Shown in pieces: positions 45,700-58,817 of a DNA stretch of 64,000 bases. Origin of the DNA: an uncultured Planctomycetaceae bacterium (lineage in GTDB: Bacteria > Planctomycetota > Planctomycetia > Pirellulales > PALSA-1355); contig CAWAUV010000005.1 in assembly GCA_963785305.1 (NCBI GenBank), positions 1-64,000 of the forward strand, read 5' to 3'. The notes below the pieces were generated by a model. The model was not told the DNA's origin. It ran no database searches and saw nothing but the letters and a program-made list of their open reading frames with translations. Every line of letters begins with the position of its first letter. Within the stretch, counting starts at the first letter, position 1. The position numbers were made by a program, and so were the translations under genes.

Positions 45700-46962
45700 A
45701 TGGAACAAGAGAATGTAAACGCCGCGAATAGCCGATCGCACACCACGCGAGTGGAACAATATCTCGCTCGCATTGCGCTCCTCGACGGCAAGATTCATGC
45801 GTGGACACATGTCGACGCCGCCGGCGCGCTGGCCCAGGCCGGGCGGCTCGACGCGCCGCCGAACGAGTCGGACGACGTTCTTTCCGGCTTCGTGATCGGC
45901 GTGAAAGACATTATCGATGTGGCCGGCATGCCCACGCGCCGGCTCGCCGCTCTGGCCCGACGAGCCCGTGGCGGTCGATGCGCCGGTGGTGGCCGCTTTG
46001 CGCAAGCGGGGGCGATCGTGCTTGGCAAGACCACGACCTGCGAGCTCGCCTGTTTCGATCCCTCGCCCACGCGCAATCCCTGGAATCTGGCGCATACGCC
46101 GGGCGGCTCCAGCGCCGGCTCGGCGGCGGCGGTGGCCTGCGGCATGTGCGACGCCGCGATTGGCACTCAGACCGGCGGTTCGATTCTTCGCCCCGCCGCG
46201 TATTGCGGCGTGGTCGGGTTCAAACCCCAATTTCGTGATTCGGGCCGAGCGGGCATCGTGCCGGTGAGCGAGCGGCTGGATCATGTGGGATCGTTTGCCA
46301 GAACCGTGGACGATGCGTTCCGAGTGCTCGAGGCCGCGGGACTCAGCGACGAGCCGCCCGACGATTCGAGCGCCGTCGATCCGATTCGGTCGCCGCGACT
46401 CGGTGTGTTCGCCGGATTTTTTCGCGATCAATGCGATGCGTCGCTGGCGGCGATCTTTCAAAAGACAATCGCGAAGCTCGCCAACGCCGGCGCGTTGATC
46501 GCCATGCTGCCCGAGCCGCCGGAGCTCGAACGCGTGCTTGAAAATCATCGAAAGATCATGGCGCATGACGTCGCTCGCGCGCATGGCCCGAAGTTCGAGC
46601 AGCATCGCGAGGCGTTTGGGCCCCAGGTTCGCGAGTTGATCGACCAGGGAAGCCAGATCACGGCCGATGAATATCGCGCGGCCCGCGAACACCAAGTCGC
46701 TTGGACGTCCCGGATCGATGCGACGCTCGGTGAGTTCGACGCCATCATGACTCCGGCCACCCCGAGCACGGCGCCACGTTCGCTCGCGACCACGGGCGAT
46801 CCACGGTTCAACTCGCCCTGGAGTTATGCCGGAACACCGGCCGTGAGCGTGCCGTGTGGGCTCGACAAGCAAGGGATGCCGGCGGGGCTACAGATTATCG
46901 CCGCCCTCGGCCGCTGCCGATGGCTGGCTCGCGTCGCCGGTTGGATTGAAAGCCGACTCTGA
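45700..46962 (+). CDS. Amidase signature family protein (local compensating frameshifts ~45930-46005)
   Basis: GVKDIID, GKT, TRNPW, PGGSSAGSAAAVA, GTQTGGSILRPA. Confidence 0.9.
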   Translation: MEQENVNAANSRSHTTRVEQYLARIALLDGKIHAWTHVDAAGALAQAGRLDAPPNESDDVLSGFVIGVKDIIDVAGMPTRRLAALARRARGGRCAGGGRFAQAGAIVLGKTTTCELACFDPSPTRNPWNLAHTPGGSSAGSAAAVACGMCDAAIGTQTGGSILRPAAYCGVVGFKPQFRDSGRAGIVPVSERLDHVGSFARTVDDAFRVLEAAGLSDEPPDDSSAVDPIRSPRLGVFAGFFRDQCDASLAAIFQKTIAKLANAGALIAMLPEPPELERVLENHRKIMAHDVARAHGPKFEQHREAFGPQVRELIDQGSQITADEYRAAREHQVAWTSRIDATLGEFDAIMTPATPSTAPRSLATTGDPRFNSPWSYAGTPAVSVPCGLDKQGMPAGLQIIAALGRCRWLARVAGWIESRL

Positions 46963-47021
46963 CGGTTCGCCATTTTATTGGGAGCCCGGGATCGGCAATG
47001 GCGGCGGGATTGGCCTGTTCC

Positions 47022-48382
47022 CTACCGCGCGCGGTTGAACACGCGCACGGCTTGGCCGTCGGCAAGATTCGTCTCGGGCGCGAGCACCACGGTCTCGTTT
47101 TCCTTGAGCCCGGATTTGATTTCCGCCTCATCGTCGTTGCTCAACCCGACCTCGACCGCGCGTGTCGCGGCGCGGCCATCTTCCACCACGAACACGCGCC
47201 ACCCCATGTCGGCGCCGCGAAAAAGCGCGGAGCGAGGAACGACGAGCGCAGTCGGGAGCCCGCGCCGTGTAGATGCGCACCCGCACTCGGTAATCGACAC
47301 CCAAGCCGCGCTCCGCGCAACTTGGTCAGAATCTCGGGAGCGAATCCGATGAGGACTTTCACCCGCTGTTGCTCGACGCCGAGCGAGCTGATCTTGGTGA
47401 AACCGGCCGGATAAATACGAGTGACCTTGGCTTCGACCGGCCGGACGCCGATTGCCGCGCCCGAGACATCGACCGGCGAACCGAGCTTGATCGACGTGGC
47501 TTCCTGGGTCAGCACATCGGCTTCGACTTCGAGATCGCTCCAGGAGCCGATCTTGAGGAGCACCGTGCCGACCGAGTAGGTGCGCTCGTTGCTATCGACG
47601 CGTTCGAGCACCGCGCCGCTGACCGGGCTCGCCATCACGCCGCGGTTTTGATCGCGTTCGGCTTTTCGCAGATTCACATGCGCCTCGGCCAGTTCCTTAT
47701 CGAGCACTTCATGCTTGAGCGATTTGCGTAGAATGTATTGCCGCATCGCGGTGGGCATCAGGGCGGAGGCGGCGCGGAGCGCCTCGGTCGCGCGCTCGAC
47801 CAGCACATCTTGCTCATGATCGACTTCCGATTGCACCTGATTGACGCGAGCCTGATCGAGATCGTTTTCGGCCATCGACTTGGTGGAAAAGAGCCGTTCG
47901 GCGCGGGTTAGGAACTTGTCGGCATAGCCTTGCTTGGCCTCGCCCGCTCGCACGCGCGCCGTCGCGGCGTCGACCATGCGGTCCATCGAGGTGGCGAAGT
48001 CGATGGTCTGCTGGAGCGTGGTGGTTTCGACCGAGACATCGTCGTTTTCCTTGATCGCGGCTTCGAGCCGATCGACCGCGGCCTGCGCCGCGTCGACCGT
48101 CAGCTCCGAGTCGAGCGGCACGACCCGGGCCACGATTTGCCCCTGGCTCACATTGTCGCCCTCGGCGCAGCGAATCGCCTCGACGCGGCAATTGTAAGGG
48201 GCCGTGACGAGATAGGTTTGCGCGAGGCGAGTCTTGGCCTCCTCGTCGATATACTCGCGCACCAGGCCGCGGCGCACGGTCGCCGCCTCGACCGGCGGCC
48301 CGGCATTCCACGAAGAATACACCGCCAGGGCCGCGCCGACGCACAGCACAATCGCCAAGCCAACGCCAAGAGATCGCATCAT
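47022..48382 (-). CDS. HlyD/RND-type periplasmic adaptor subunit (frameshifted C-terminus)
   Basis: N-terminal TM, coiled coil, SPVSG, FTKISSLGVEQQRV; tail SALFRG...VEVGL in ORF 47022..47300. Confidence 0.85.
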
Positions 48383-48418
48383 GGAAATTCATTCCCCACG
48401 GTAAGACGGAGCGGAATG

Positions 48419-50796
48419 TTATTCTCGCGTTTTCGATGCTTCGAGCCAATCGAGCCGGTGAACATTGCGCTGCACGACCCCATGGGCCGCGAGCGCGAAG
48501 AGCAGCGATAAACCGATCGTTCCCAGCCAGACTTGCGGCGGCGCCACCAGCGGAAAGCGGAACATGTCGGTGTTATAGACGATTGAAATAATGACCGAGA
48601 GCCCATAGCCGAGCGGCATTCCCAAGAGAGTGCCGAGCGAATTGACGAGCAGGCTTTCGCGCAAGAAGAGCCCGCCCACTTGCCAAGGTCCATAGCCGAG
48701 CACCCGAAGCGTGGCCACCTCGCGCCGCCGCTCCGCCAGGGCAATCAACGAGGCATTGAGCAAGCCGCAGAAAAAAATCACGCCTGCGAAAATCACGAGC
48801 AGCGAAATGAAAATTCGCTGCGCGCGAATCACCGCTTGTAGATTCTCGATCACCTGCGAGCGCACATTCACGCTCCGCACCGCTGGCAGTCGCTTCAGCT
48901 CGCGGCACAGCGATCGCCAGAGACGCGGCTCGGAATCGGCCGAAAGCTGTACTCCGCTGATCGCTTCTTCTTCATGAACCAGACGACTCAGATAATCGAT
49001 ATTGGCATACACCGCGAGCCCGATGAAGCTATTGCTGATCTCGACCACGGGAACCTCGATCGGATCGCGGCGCCCCTTCACCGGCAGCACCGCCACCCGA
49101 TCGCCCACGGCCACGCCCAACAGTTCAGCCAGCCGCCGGTTCATGGCCAAGCCGGTGTCGGGCACGCGAATCGCCCGGCCGGCTAGGTCGCGCGGCGTGG
49201 TGAGTCGAGGCCCGGGGCGAGGCCCGTGATCATTCCGCGTTTGCGGGCCGGACCGTGAACGAAGGTGCAACTGACATCGAACAGCGGCTCGGCGAGCTCG
49301 ACGCCGGGCAGCCGCCGCGCTTCGAGCAGCGCGGCGCGCGAGTGTTCGTCGGCAAAGGCCAAGTCCACATCGCCATGCGTGACCTCCTCGAACTGGAAAT
49401 TCACCAAATGATGCAGCGCCGCATAGAGCATGAGGCCGCACACGAGCAGCGCCGCGCCCGCGGCCGACGCGAAAATACCCACCGCCGGTGCGCAACCGAT
49501 TGCGGAGCACATTGCGCACCGTCAGCCGCCAGCCGAAACCGAGCCGGCTCCAAAGGCGCGGAAACCGCTCGAGCCACACCGCCCCGCCCACGACCGGTGG
49601 TTTGGCCCGCATTGCTTCGGCCGGATTGAGCCGCATGGCCACATAGCGCGCCATGCCAAGCGCCGATGATCGAGAAGATCACGCTGATCGCCATGCCCGT
49701 GGCGTAGAGGCCCGGATAGACGCGATTTTCGAGGTTGGGAAACTCATAGAACATGCGGTAAATTCCGGTGATCACGCCACCCATGAAGTTGCCGAGCACG
49801 AGCCCGACGCTTCCGCCCACCAGGCCCACGACCAGCCCCAGCTTGGTGAAGTGGAGAAACAACTGGCCGTCGCCATAGCCGAGCGCTTTGAGGGTTCCGA
49901 TCACGAGCCGCTGCTGTTCGACCAGCCGCACCATCACCACATTGAGCACCAGCGCGCCGACGGCGAGAAAGATAAACGGAAAAAACGAAGCGAACACTCC
50001 CATCCCGCGAATCTCGTCGCTCAGAAAACGGTTCGAGCTCTGATTGCCGCGCGGCGTGGTGGTCGTGACGCCGAACGACGCGAGCCGGGTCTCGATCTGG
50101 CGCAGGGTCTGCTCGGGCCGCTCGCGCAGGTCGGGCGCCAGCGTGCCGACGAGTTGATTCGCGGCGCCCGCGAAATCGAAGATCTCCTCGGCATAAGCGC
50201 GCTTGAGATAAAAAATGCCGAAATGTTCGGGATCGGGCGAGATCGGCGCCAGGCCCGACGGGGTAGACGAATTCGCAACTGATCGCCGTGCCGACGATAA
50301 ACAGTTCTTGCCGGCGATTGTTGAGAATCAGATGAATCCGCTCGCCCGGATGCAGCTTGTTGCGGCGGGCAAACGCGTCGTTGACGATCACTTCGTTGTC
50401 GCGGCGCGAGGTGAAATATCCGCCGTGCCGGAGCACGATATCGTTGATGACCGGCGCTCGCCGGTCGGGCAGCGAGAGCACGAGTCCATTGAGCGGAATC
50501 GGCGAGCGCTCGATATCGACCGTGGCGAAGAACTGAATCCGCGGCCGGCTCCGGTCACTCCGCCCATTTCTCCGATCGCTTCGAGCTCCGCGAGCGGCGC
50601 CTTTTTGAAGTCGATCCAGAAGTCCGCCATCCGGCAATCGCCAATAGTATTGCCACCGCGCCAGGCTGAGATTGTTATACGCCGAGCGCATGTAGATGAA
50701 GCACATGACGCCCAGCGTGATGACGCTGGTGATCGCCGTGAGCAGCCCGGCCGATGAGCGGATCTCGCGGAGCAACTTGCGGTCGAGCGAGTTCAC
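48419..50796 (-). CDS. ABC transporter permease, double FtsX/MacB type (several frameshifts)
   Basis: [55 protein letters not shown] start overlaps the ATPase stop. Confidence 0.85.
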
Positions 50797-51634
50797 CAGG
50801 TGATCTCCTCGGGCGGCAACGGATTCGGATTCACATGCAATTCGTGAATCTCGCCCGAGCGAAGTCGCACCACGCGGTCGGCGGCCTCGGCCAGGGCGGC
50901 GTTGTGGGTGATGATGAGAATCGTCTTGCCGAGCTCGTTCTTCAGATTCACCAGTTGCCGTAGCACCATCTTGCCGGTCTCGAAGTCGAGCGCGCCGGTC
51001 GGCTCGTCGCACAACAGCAATTCGGGGTTTTTCGCCAGCGCCCGGGCCATGGCCACCCGTTGCTGCTCGCCGCCCGAGAAGTTGCGCCGGGAAATGATCG
51101 AGCCGATGTCCGAGACCGACGATCTCGAGCATCCGGTCGACGTCGAGCGGCCGCTTCGCGATCTCGGTGGCCACGACCACATTCTCCCGGGCCGTGAGAT
51201 TCGGCACCAGATTGTAAAATTGGAAGACAAAGCCGACGAAGTCGCGGCGAAAGCGCGTGAGCTCGCGCGGCGAGGCGGTCGAGAGATTGAAATCGCGAAA
51301 CCAGACATCGCCCTCGGTGGCGCTGATCGAGCCCTCCCAGCAGATTGAGCAGCGTGGTTTTTCCCGAGCCGCTGGGCCCGACCATGATGAGCAATTCGCC
51401 GCGATAAATGTCGAGCGACACTCGTTTGAGCACATCGACCGCGACATCGCCCATGTGAAACGTCTTGCCGACCCGATCGAGCCGCATCAACACTTCGGTC
51501 GGCGGCGCGCCGACGCCGCCCGAGCGGGCGCCGGGGCCGCTTGCGGCGGCGACATTGCCGGGCGCGTCGGCGCCGGACGACGGGGAACTATCGGCGGAAT
51601 CCATCGCGGCGAGTCGCTCGTCGGTGTCGTTCAT
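50793..51634 (-). CDS. ABC transporter ATP-binding protein, LolD/MacB type (frameshifted)
   Basis: [47 protein letters not shown]. Confidence 0.9.
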
Positions 51635-51660
51635 GTTCGGCCGATGTTCCCACGACGAGG

Positions 51661-53028
51661 TCAGACTTCGGCCAGTCGCTCGGTCGAGTCGCCAAAGGCG
51701 TCGACATGCACATCCATCTTATCCATCATGGCCATGAAAAGGCCGCACATCTTGCGATTGGGCTTGCCGGTGTAATCGAGCACCCGGCCGGTTTCGATCT
51801 TGCCGCCGCCGCGTCCGACAAGCACCACCGGCAACTGGCTGCAATCATGGTTGCTGCCGTGGAGCATGCTCGAACAGAAGAGGAGCATCGTGTTGTCGAG
51901 CGCCGTGCGGTCGCCCTCTTGAATCTGGTCGAGCTTGCCGGCGATATAGGCTACCTGCTGGGTGAAGAATTGGTTGACCTTCAGCCAATCGGCATTGTCG
52001 GTGTGCGATAGCAAGTGATGAATCATGTAGTCGACGCCGAGATTCGGAAACCGCAGCGCCGAGTGATCGTTGTTCAGCTTGAGCGTGGCCACGCGAGTCG
52101 TGTCGGTTTGCAGCGCGAGCACGAGGATATCGGCCATGAGCCGCATGTGTTCGTCGACATCGTGCGGAATGCCATCGGCCGGGCGCGCGATATTCGGCTT
52201 GTCGAGCGTCGGCCGCCAGCCTTGTAGCTTTCCACTCGCCGAGGCTTGCTTGAGCCGCTGTTCGATCTCGCGAACGCTGGTGAGATATTCGTCGAGCTTT
52301 CGGCGATCCGAATAGCCGATGCGACCGCCCAGGCCGCGGGCATCTTCGAGCACCAGATCGAGCACGCTCGCGTCGCCCTTGCCCGCTTCGTCGCGAAATA
52401 GCCGATCGAACGCCATCGCCGGATAGAGCTCGAGCGGCGTTGGCGTGGTGGGGCTGCTCCAGGAAATATGCGAACTGTAGACCATCGAGTAGCCCTTGTG
52501 CAGCGACGAGAGCGAAGGCTCGCAGCCAAGCACTAGGCTGGAAACCTTGGTCTGGCCGCTTTGATGCTGGGCGACGTGCTGGTCGACGCTCACTCCCGAG
52601 CGAATGCCGCCGGCGCCTTCGAGCGGGGCTCCGGTAAGCAGGTTGCCGGTCATGGCGCTATGAATGCCGCCCTTGCCGGCCTCTTGATTGTAGAGCCCGC
52701 GGATGAAGAGCATTTTGTGCTTGAGGCTCTCGAGCGGCGCGAGCACCTGGCCGAGCTCCAGGGCGGCGCCTTGGCCGCGGGCCCACCAGTGATCGCGATG
52801 AAAACCATTGCCGGCGAAGAGCACCGCCATGCGCACCGGCGCTTGACTGGCCGAGCCCTGGGCCGGCTCGTCGCCCCAGACCGCGGCGCTCTCCATCCAC
52901 GGCAGAGCCATCGACACGCCCAGGCCGCGGAGCAAAGTGCGCCGTGAAAACACATATTTCGACCGCGAATCCACCGACGATGCGCGACGCGAGTTCGGCC
53001 GGTTCGGATTGGAGCGGGGCGAAGCCAT
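51661..53028 (-). CDS. DUF1552 domain protein
   Basis: SRRTLLRGLGVSMALPWME, SHISW, AFDRLF, SVLDLV, KLDEYLTSVREIE, TRVAT. Confidence 0.9.
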   Translation of the reverse strand: MASPRSNPNRPNSRRASSVDSRSKYVFSRRTLLRGLGVSMALPWMESAAVWGDEPAQGSASQAPVRMAVLFAGNGFHRDHWWARGQGAALELGQVLAPLESLKHKMLFIRGLYNQEAGKGGIHSAMTGNLLTGAPLEGAGGIRSGVSVDQHVAQHQSGQTKVSSLVLGCEPSLSSLHKGYSMVYSSHISWSSPTTPTPLELYPAMAFDRLFRDEAGKGDASVLDLVLEDARGLGGRIGYSDRRKLDEYLTSVREIEQRLKQASASGKLQGWRPTLDKPNIARPADGIPHDVDEHMRLMADILVLALQTDTTRVATLKLNNDHSALRFPNLGVDYMIHHLLSHTDNADWLKVNQFFTQQVAYIAGKLDQIQEGDRTALDNTMLLFCSSMLHGSNHDCSQLPVVLVGRGGGKIETGRVLDYTGKPNRKMCGLFMAMMDKMDVHVDAFGDSTERLAEV

Positions 53029-53143
53029 CGTGCGTGTTCCTCTCGCGTTAGTCCCGTGGGATCGAGCCGGACATTAACAGCCGCGAGCCGGGAAAACATT
53101 TTCCGTTCGGTTCCACGAAAACAACAATACTCACCGCGGGCGA

Positions 53144-56100
53144 TTATTCGGTTTTGGTCGCTTCGAGACCACGATGACGCAAAAATTGCGGACTCGTGAC
53201 GATCGTTTTCAGGGCGGCCGAGATGCGGTAGTCGTCGGCCGCAAGCTCGGACATCATTTTATCCAAAAGCGGCTGATCCGATACCGTTACCGACCGGCCG
53301 AGCGCATAGCCGAGCAACTTTCGGCAGAAATGTTCGAGAAACTGGGACTTTCGTCGGGCAAGCAGGTAGTCGCGCAGGCCGTCGAGACCATCGAACGTCG
53401 CGCCATTGGCCAGGGTCACGGCCGTGTCGATCGGCCGGCCGGTGGCGTCTTGCTCGCGCCGGCGGCCGATCGGGTCGTATTTCTCGAGCGCGAACCCATA
53501 GGGATCGAACCGTTGGTGGCAGGCGGCGCACTCGGCCAAGCTCGCATGGCGCTCCGTCATTTGCCGTACGCTGAGCGAATCGGCGCTTTCAATCTCGGGC
53601 AGTCGCGGCACATTGGTCGGCGGCTTGGGAATGCGTTCGCCGAGCAATGTTTCGACCACCCAGTTGCCGCGCAGCACCGGGCTATTGCGCGAGGCGCCCG
53701 ACTGCTGCGCGAGCACTCCGCCCAGCGTGAGCACTCCGCCTCGCCCCCAGCGACGCACTTGCTCGACCCGGCGCCACTCGGGTCCGCGCACATCGGGAAT
53801 GCCGTAGTGCTGGGCGAGCCGTTCGTCGAGAAAGGTGTAGTCGGCGTCGAGAATTCCCAGCGTCGAGCGGTCGGCTTGCACGAGGTCTTGAAAGAACCGC
53901 ACCGCTTCTTCGAGCATCGCGGCCCGAAGTTCGTCGTCGAAGGTGGGGAAGAGCTTCTCGTTTTTCTCATGATTGTCGCGCACTCCGCGCACATGCAGCC
54001 ACTGGGCGCCAAACTCGCTGGCGAAGCCGCGCATCCGATCGTCGCGAAGCATTCGCTCGAGTTGTTCGAGGAGCGTCGCCTCATTGAGCAGGCCGCCGCT
54101 CGCGGCGGCGGCGCGAAGCGGCTCGTCGGGCTCGCTCGCCCACAAGAAATAACTCAGTCGCGTGGCGAGTTCCCACGCGGAAACCGGCCGCGAGTCCGCG
54201 CCCGGCGCCGCTTGCTCGATGCGATAAAGAAACGCCGGGCTCACCAGAATTTCCGCGACGAGAAGCTGCATCGCGTCTTCGTGCGAAAGATTCTTGCCAC
54301 GCAGCTTGCCATACAGCGTTTCGAAGCGAGCCGCTTCGGCGGGCTCGAGCGGACGGCGGATCGCGCGGCTGGCGAACTCGGCGATCGCGCGGATTTGCGC
54401 CGGTGCGCGGGTTACCTGTTCGGCGGCAAACTCCTCGGCCCGGCGGCGAATTGGCTCGCGCGTGCGGCTCTCGACTTCCTTGATCGTCGCGGGCGAAGCT
54501 TCTTGCGTGACGAAGCCGTAAAACGAATCGTAGTTGGCGTGCTCGACCAGCGGCCACTGGCTAATCCAACGCAATTCGCTCCATAGTCGATCGAGCTCCG
54601 CCATTTGGCTCGGACTGGCCGCGAGCCGAGCGAGCGCCTCGTCCTCGCGAAAGAATAGTCGCAGGCAGATCACCTCGTCATCAGGCACGATCCGCGGGTG
54701 ATGCAAATACTTGGGAAACAACTCGCGAAACGACTGGAGCCCCCGGCGGCGCGAATCGGCGTCGAGCCCGAGCAGCGCGCGGCTGGCAACGAGCGGCCGC
54801 CCGGCGTCGGGAAGATTTTGATTGGGTCGCTCGGCGGTGGCCGTGAACTGCACAACCGCTTGACCCTCGAATGGGTTTTGCAGTTCACCCGTCGACACGA
54901 ACTGCCGCCCTTGAAACAGCACCGCGGGCAAGCGAATCTCGAGGGTCGAAGTCGCCTCGCACGGTAAATTCGCCTCGAACCGCTCCGCGTCGAGCCCCAG
55001 AGGCGGCGCGCTCGGCGCGGTATCGCCGGGCGCCTCGGAATTTCGCGGCGCTGTCCAGCGGGCGAGGTCGATACCGACAAACAGCGGGCTGTCGAGCGAA
55101 ACAAGCAGATCGTACAGCTTGCGGTCGGGGCCATCGGTTTTTGGGCGATCGCCGGCGAGCAATGTCCGCGTTTCCGCAGCGAGAGTGCCGAGTTCGCTCG
55201 CGCGATTGCGATCGAGCGCCGCGGCTCGCCAGCGCGCGAGCGGCGAATCGGTCGGAATTCGCCGAGCCACTTCGGCGGGTGACGACTGCCCGCTGGTCGG
55301 CGATGGCTCGCCCGCGGCCGGCAGCGCCAAGTAGTCTACCCAGCGGGTAAGCAATCGCGGCTCGAGGCCCATCGCTTCCGCGGTCTTGGCGATCGCCGCC
55401 TCGCGTTCAGACGCAAGAACCTCCGCGAGCGACGCCGCGGCTTCCAGATACTTGGCCGTCTCGCGGAAATGCGAGCGGTAATTCCATTCGTATTTGCCCG
55501 CAAGTACGCGCGACATCGGCCAAGCGCACCGCCGGATGGGGTCCGCCCTCGAAACGCGGCGCTCGCCAAACGGCCGCGCGATCGTTCGTCGCCGCCACGC
55601 CACGCGTGGCAAGATAGAGGGTCACTTCGGTCTGGCCCGGAACGATCGTCGGCGTCCATTGCACCTGCCGCGTCGCGAGGAGCGATGGTTCACGGTCGGC
55701 TTGCCAAACGAGCGATTGATAGCTGCCGATCTTGGGAAACGTGAACACCAGCGACTGCCAAAAATGAACTTCGGCCGCGAGCGAATCGGCGTCCTCGGGC
55801 CGCGCTCGCCGCCAATGGTCGCGAAGCGCCTCGAGCGGCGGACCGCCGTGAGCGGCATCGGCCGAGTCGAGCATTTGCCAAAGGATCGTGAAATACTTGG
55901 CGTTCAGCTTCTCGCGAGCGGCGACTTCCTCGGGAGAGGTCTTACCCGCGCGGAGCGCCTCGCGCTGGGCGAGCGAAGCGCAGGTAACGGGCGATCTCCG
56001 GCTTGCCGCCATCCGTGCCTTGGTCGGCTTCGGCGTAAGCGGCCTTGAGCCGCGCGATGGCTTCGTCGGTCCAGTCACGCCGAGTCTTCGCGCGTGAAAA

Positions 56101-56692
56101 GCGAAAGCCTTCGGGAGTGAGCACCAAGTGCGCGGCAATTTCCTTGGCCGCCGCCAGATATTTGACGAGCAGCACCGAGTTCATCACGAGCCCATCGCCG
56201 GCATTGGTGAAGCCTTCGCCCGCGGCGCCATCGGCCGGAAACTCTCTCGTGGGCGTGAAGTCGATTCCGGTGAGATCGCGGATCGTGTTGTTGTACTCGG
56301 CGTGGCTCAGCCGTCGGAGCACGACCCGGCCAGGATCGCCGGAATGCGCGAGAATTTGGGCATGCAAGAGGGCGCGGGTCCAAGCAAGCATCGCCTCGCG
56401 CTCGGCGTCGGTGGGCTGGGGCGTCGTGTCTTTGGGAGGCATCTCGCGAGCTTCGAGGAGCTCGACGATATTGCACAGATTTGCAAATCGGCGCCCAAGT
56501 CCGCGCAGCGCGAAAGCGCTCGAGATCGAGATCGCCTTTCTTCTTCGCGGTCGAATGGCAGTCGAGGCAATATTTCGCGAACGCGGGCGGCCAAGCCTGC
56601 TCGGCCGCGGGCTCGCCAGCGGCAAGGATCACGGCGCCGAAGAAACTCGAAACCGCGAGGAGAACGGCGAATTTGCAAATGGTCTTCGCCAT
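53144..56692 (-). CDS. DUF1592-family planctomycete cytochrome-like protein (DUF1587/1595/1592/1588/1585), frameshifted
   Basis: CLDCH; RRLSHAEYNNTIRDL; LATRLSYFLWAS; SPVLRGNWV; CAACH..DPYGFALEKYD; KLLGYALGR. Confidence 0.88.
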
Positions 56693-56801
56693 GCGCTTGA
56701 GTTCCGAACAAGACGAGACGGCGGGAACGACGTAACCCGGACCGGGGCCAAAAGGCGGGCGATCTTTAGTCTATCCAGCCGCGCGAGCATTCGCCAGTTT
56801 T

Positions 56802-57323
56802 TCATTTCTTGCCCGTGGCTCGCTGCTGCTGGAAGAAGCGGGTCAAGATGCGGCCGCAGTCCTCGGCGAGCACACCGCCCACGCAGGCGGCTCGGTGGTT
56901 CAGCCGCGCGTCGCCGAGCAGGCGAAACAAAGTTTGCACCGCGCCGGCCTTGGGGTCCGAAGCCCCGTAGACGACCGTGGGAATGCGGGCCTGCAAAATC
57001 GCGCCGGCGCACATGGGGCAGGGTTCGAGCGTGACATAGAGCACGCATCCTTCGAGCCGCCAATCGCCAAGCGATTCGGCGGCCTGCGTGATGGCGATCA
57101 TTTCGGCATGGGCCGTGGGATCGCGCAGTTGCTCGCGCTGGTTGTGAGCCGACGCGACCACGCGACCCGCGCGAACGATCACCGCCCCGATCGGCGCCTC
57201 TTCCTCGGCAAAGGCCGCTTCGGCCTCGGCGAGCGCCATGCGCATAAAGGCTTCGTGCGAAAGCGAAGCGCCGGCTTCAAGCGGCGAATCATCGAAGGAT
57301 TCAGGATCGGCGTCGGAAATCAT
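56802..57323 (-). CDS. tadA: tRNA adenosine(34) deaminase
   Basis: [27 protein letters not shown]. Confidence 0.93.
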   Translation of the reverse strand: MISDADPESFDDSPLEAGASLSHEAFMRMALAEAEAAFAEEEAPIGAVIVRAGRVVASAHNQREQLRDPTAHAEMIAITQAAESLGDWRLEGCVLYVTLEPCPMCAGAILQARIPTVVYGASDPKAGAVQTLFRLLGDARLNHRAACVGGVLAEDCGRILTRFFQQQRATGKK

Positions 57324-57374
57324 GGAAACCCACCGCGGCGGTCGTTTTCAATCGGATTCGAACCATGGGCAATG

Positions 57375-58794
57375 TTAAAAGTCGGCGCTGCCCGGAGTGC
57401 GGGGAAACGGAATCACATCGCGAATGTTGCCCATGCCGGTCACGAACAGCATCGCCCGCTCGAGCCCCAGGCCGAAGCCCGAGTGTGGCACGGTGCCATA
57501 ACGGCGGAGGTCGGCGTACCACCAATAGGCCTCCGGCTCCAAGTGCTGCTCGCGCATGCGGTCTTCGAGCACTTCGAGCCGTTCTTCGCGCTGACTGCCG
57601 CCGATGATTTCGCCCACGCGAGGCATGAGAATATCCATCGCCCGCACCGTGCGGCCATCGTCGTTGACTCGCATATAAAACGGTTTGATCGAGCGGGGAT
57701 AGTCGAACAGGATCACCGGTCGGCCGAATTCTTGCTCGGTGAGATACCGCTCGTGTTCGGCTTGCAAGTCGCAACCCCAGGAGACCGGAAAATCAAACGT
57801 GGTCCTGGCCTTGAGCAGCAGTCTCGATCGCGTCGGTATACGGGAGCCTCGCGAACTCGCTGGCCACGATGCATTCGAGCGTCGCGAGCACGGTTTTATC
57901 AACGTGTTCGTTGAACAACTCAAGGTCGGCGTGGCAACGTTCGAGCACATCGCCGAAGATACGTTTCAAAAATGCCTCGGCCAGCTCCATGTTGTCGGCG
58001 AGCTCGAAAAACGCCATCTCCGGCTCGACCATCCAAAACTCGGCCAAGTGGCGCGACGTGTTCGAATTCTCGGCGCGAAAAGTCGGGCCGAAGGTGTAGA
58101 CCTTGCCCAGGGCGGTGGCGAAGATTTCGCCTTCGAGCTGTCCGCTCACGGTGAGATACGCCGGCTTGCCGAAAAAATCCCTCGACCAATCGATTTGGCC
58201 ACCGATCGGGTTTCCGCTGGGGCTCGCCACCCTGGGCGGCTGGGCGGGATCGAGCGTCGTCACACTGAAACATCGCCCCGGCGCCTTCGCAATCGCTCGC
58301 CGTGATGATCGGCGAATGAATATAGAGAAACTCGTGCTTCCTGAAAAAAATCGTGGATCGAGCGGCTGAGGCAATTTCGCACGCGAGCGATCGCGCCGAA
58401 ACGTGTTCGTGCGCGGCCGCAAGTGCCCAATGGTCCGGAGATATTCGAACGAATGCCGCTTCTTTTGCAGCGGATACGTTTCCGGATCGGCCCAGCCATG
58501 CACCGCCACGCTCGCCGCGTGTAGTTCCGTGGCTTGCGCTTTGCCGGGCGAGGTCTTGAGCTCGCCCTCGACCGTCACGCTGCAACCGGCGACGAGCCGC
58601 TTGATCTCGCTCTCGTAGTTCGGCAGATTCGCATCGGCCACGATCTGCATGTTGGCCAGCGACGAACCATCGTTGAGCTCCAAAAAGCTGAATCCGCCCT
58701 TGGAATCGCGGCGCGTGCGAATCCATCCCTGGAGCCGCGCCGCTTGGCCCGCGCTCTCGGGCTTGCGGGCCTGGGCGACCGATAATTTTTGCAT
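57375..58794 (-). CDS. asnS: Asparagine--tRNA ligase (several frameshifts)
   Basis: [66 protein letters not shown]. Confidence 0.95.
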
Positions 58795-58817
58795 GGCGGA
58801 TCCTTCCGTCTCGTGGA

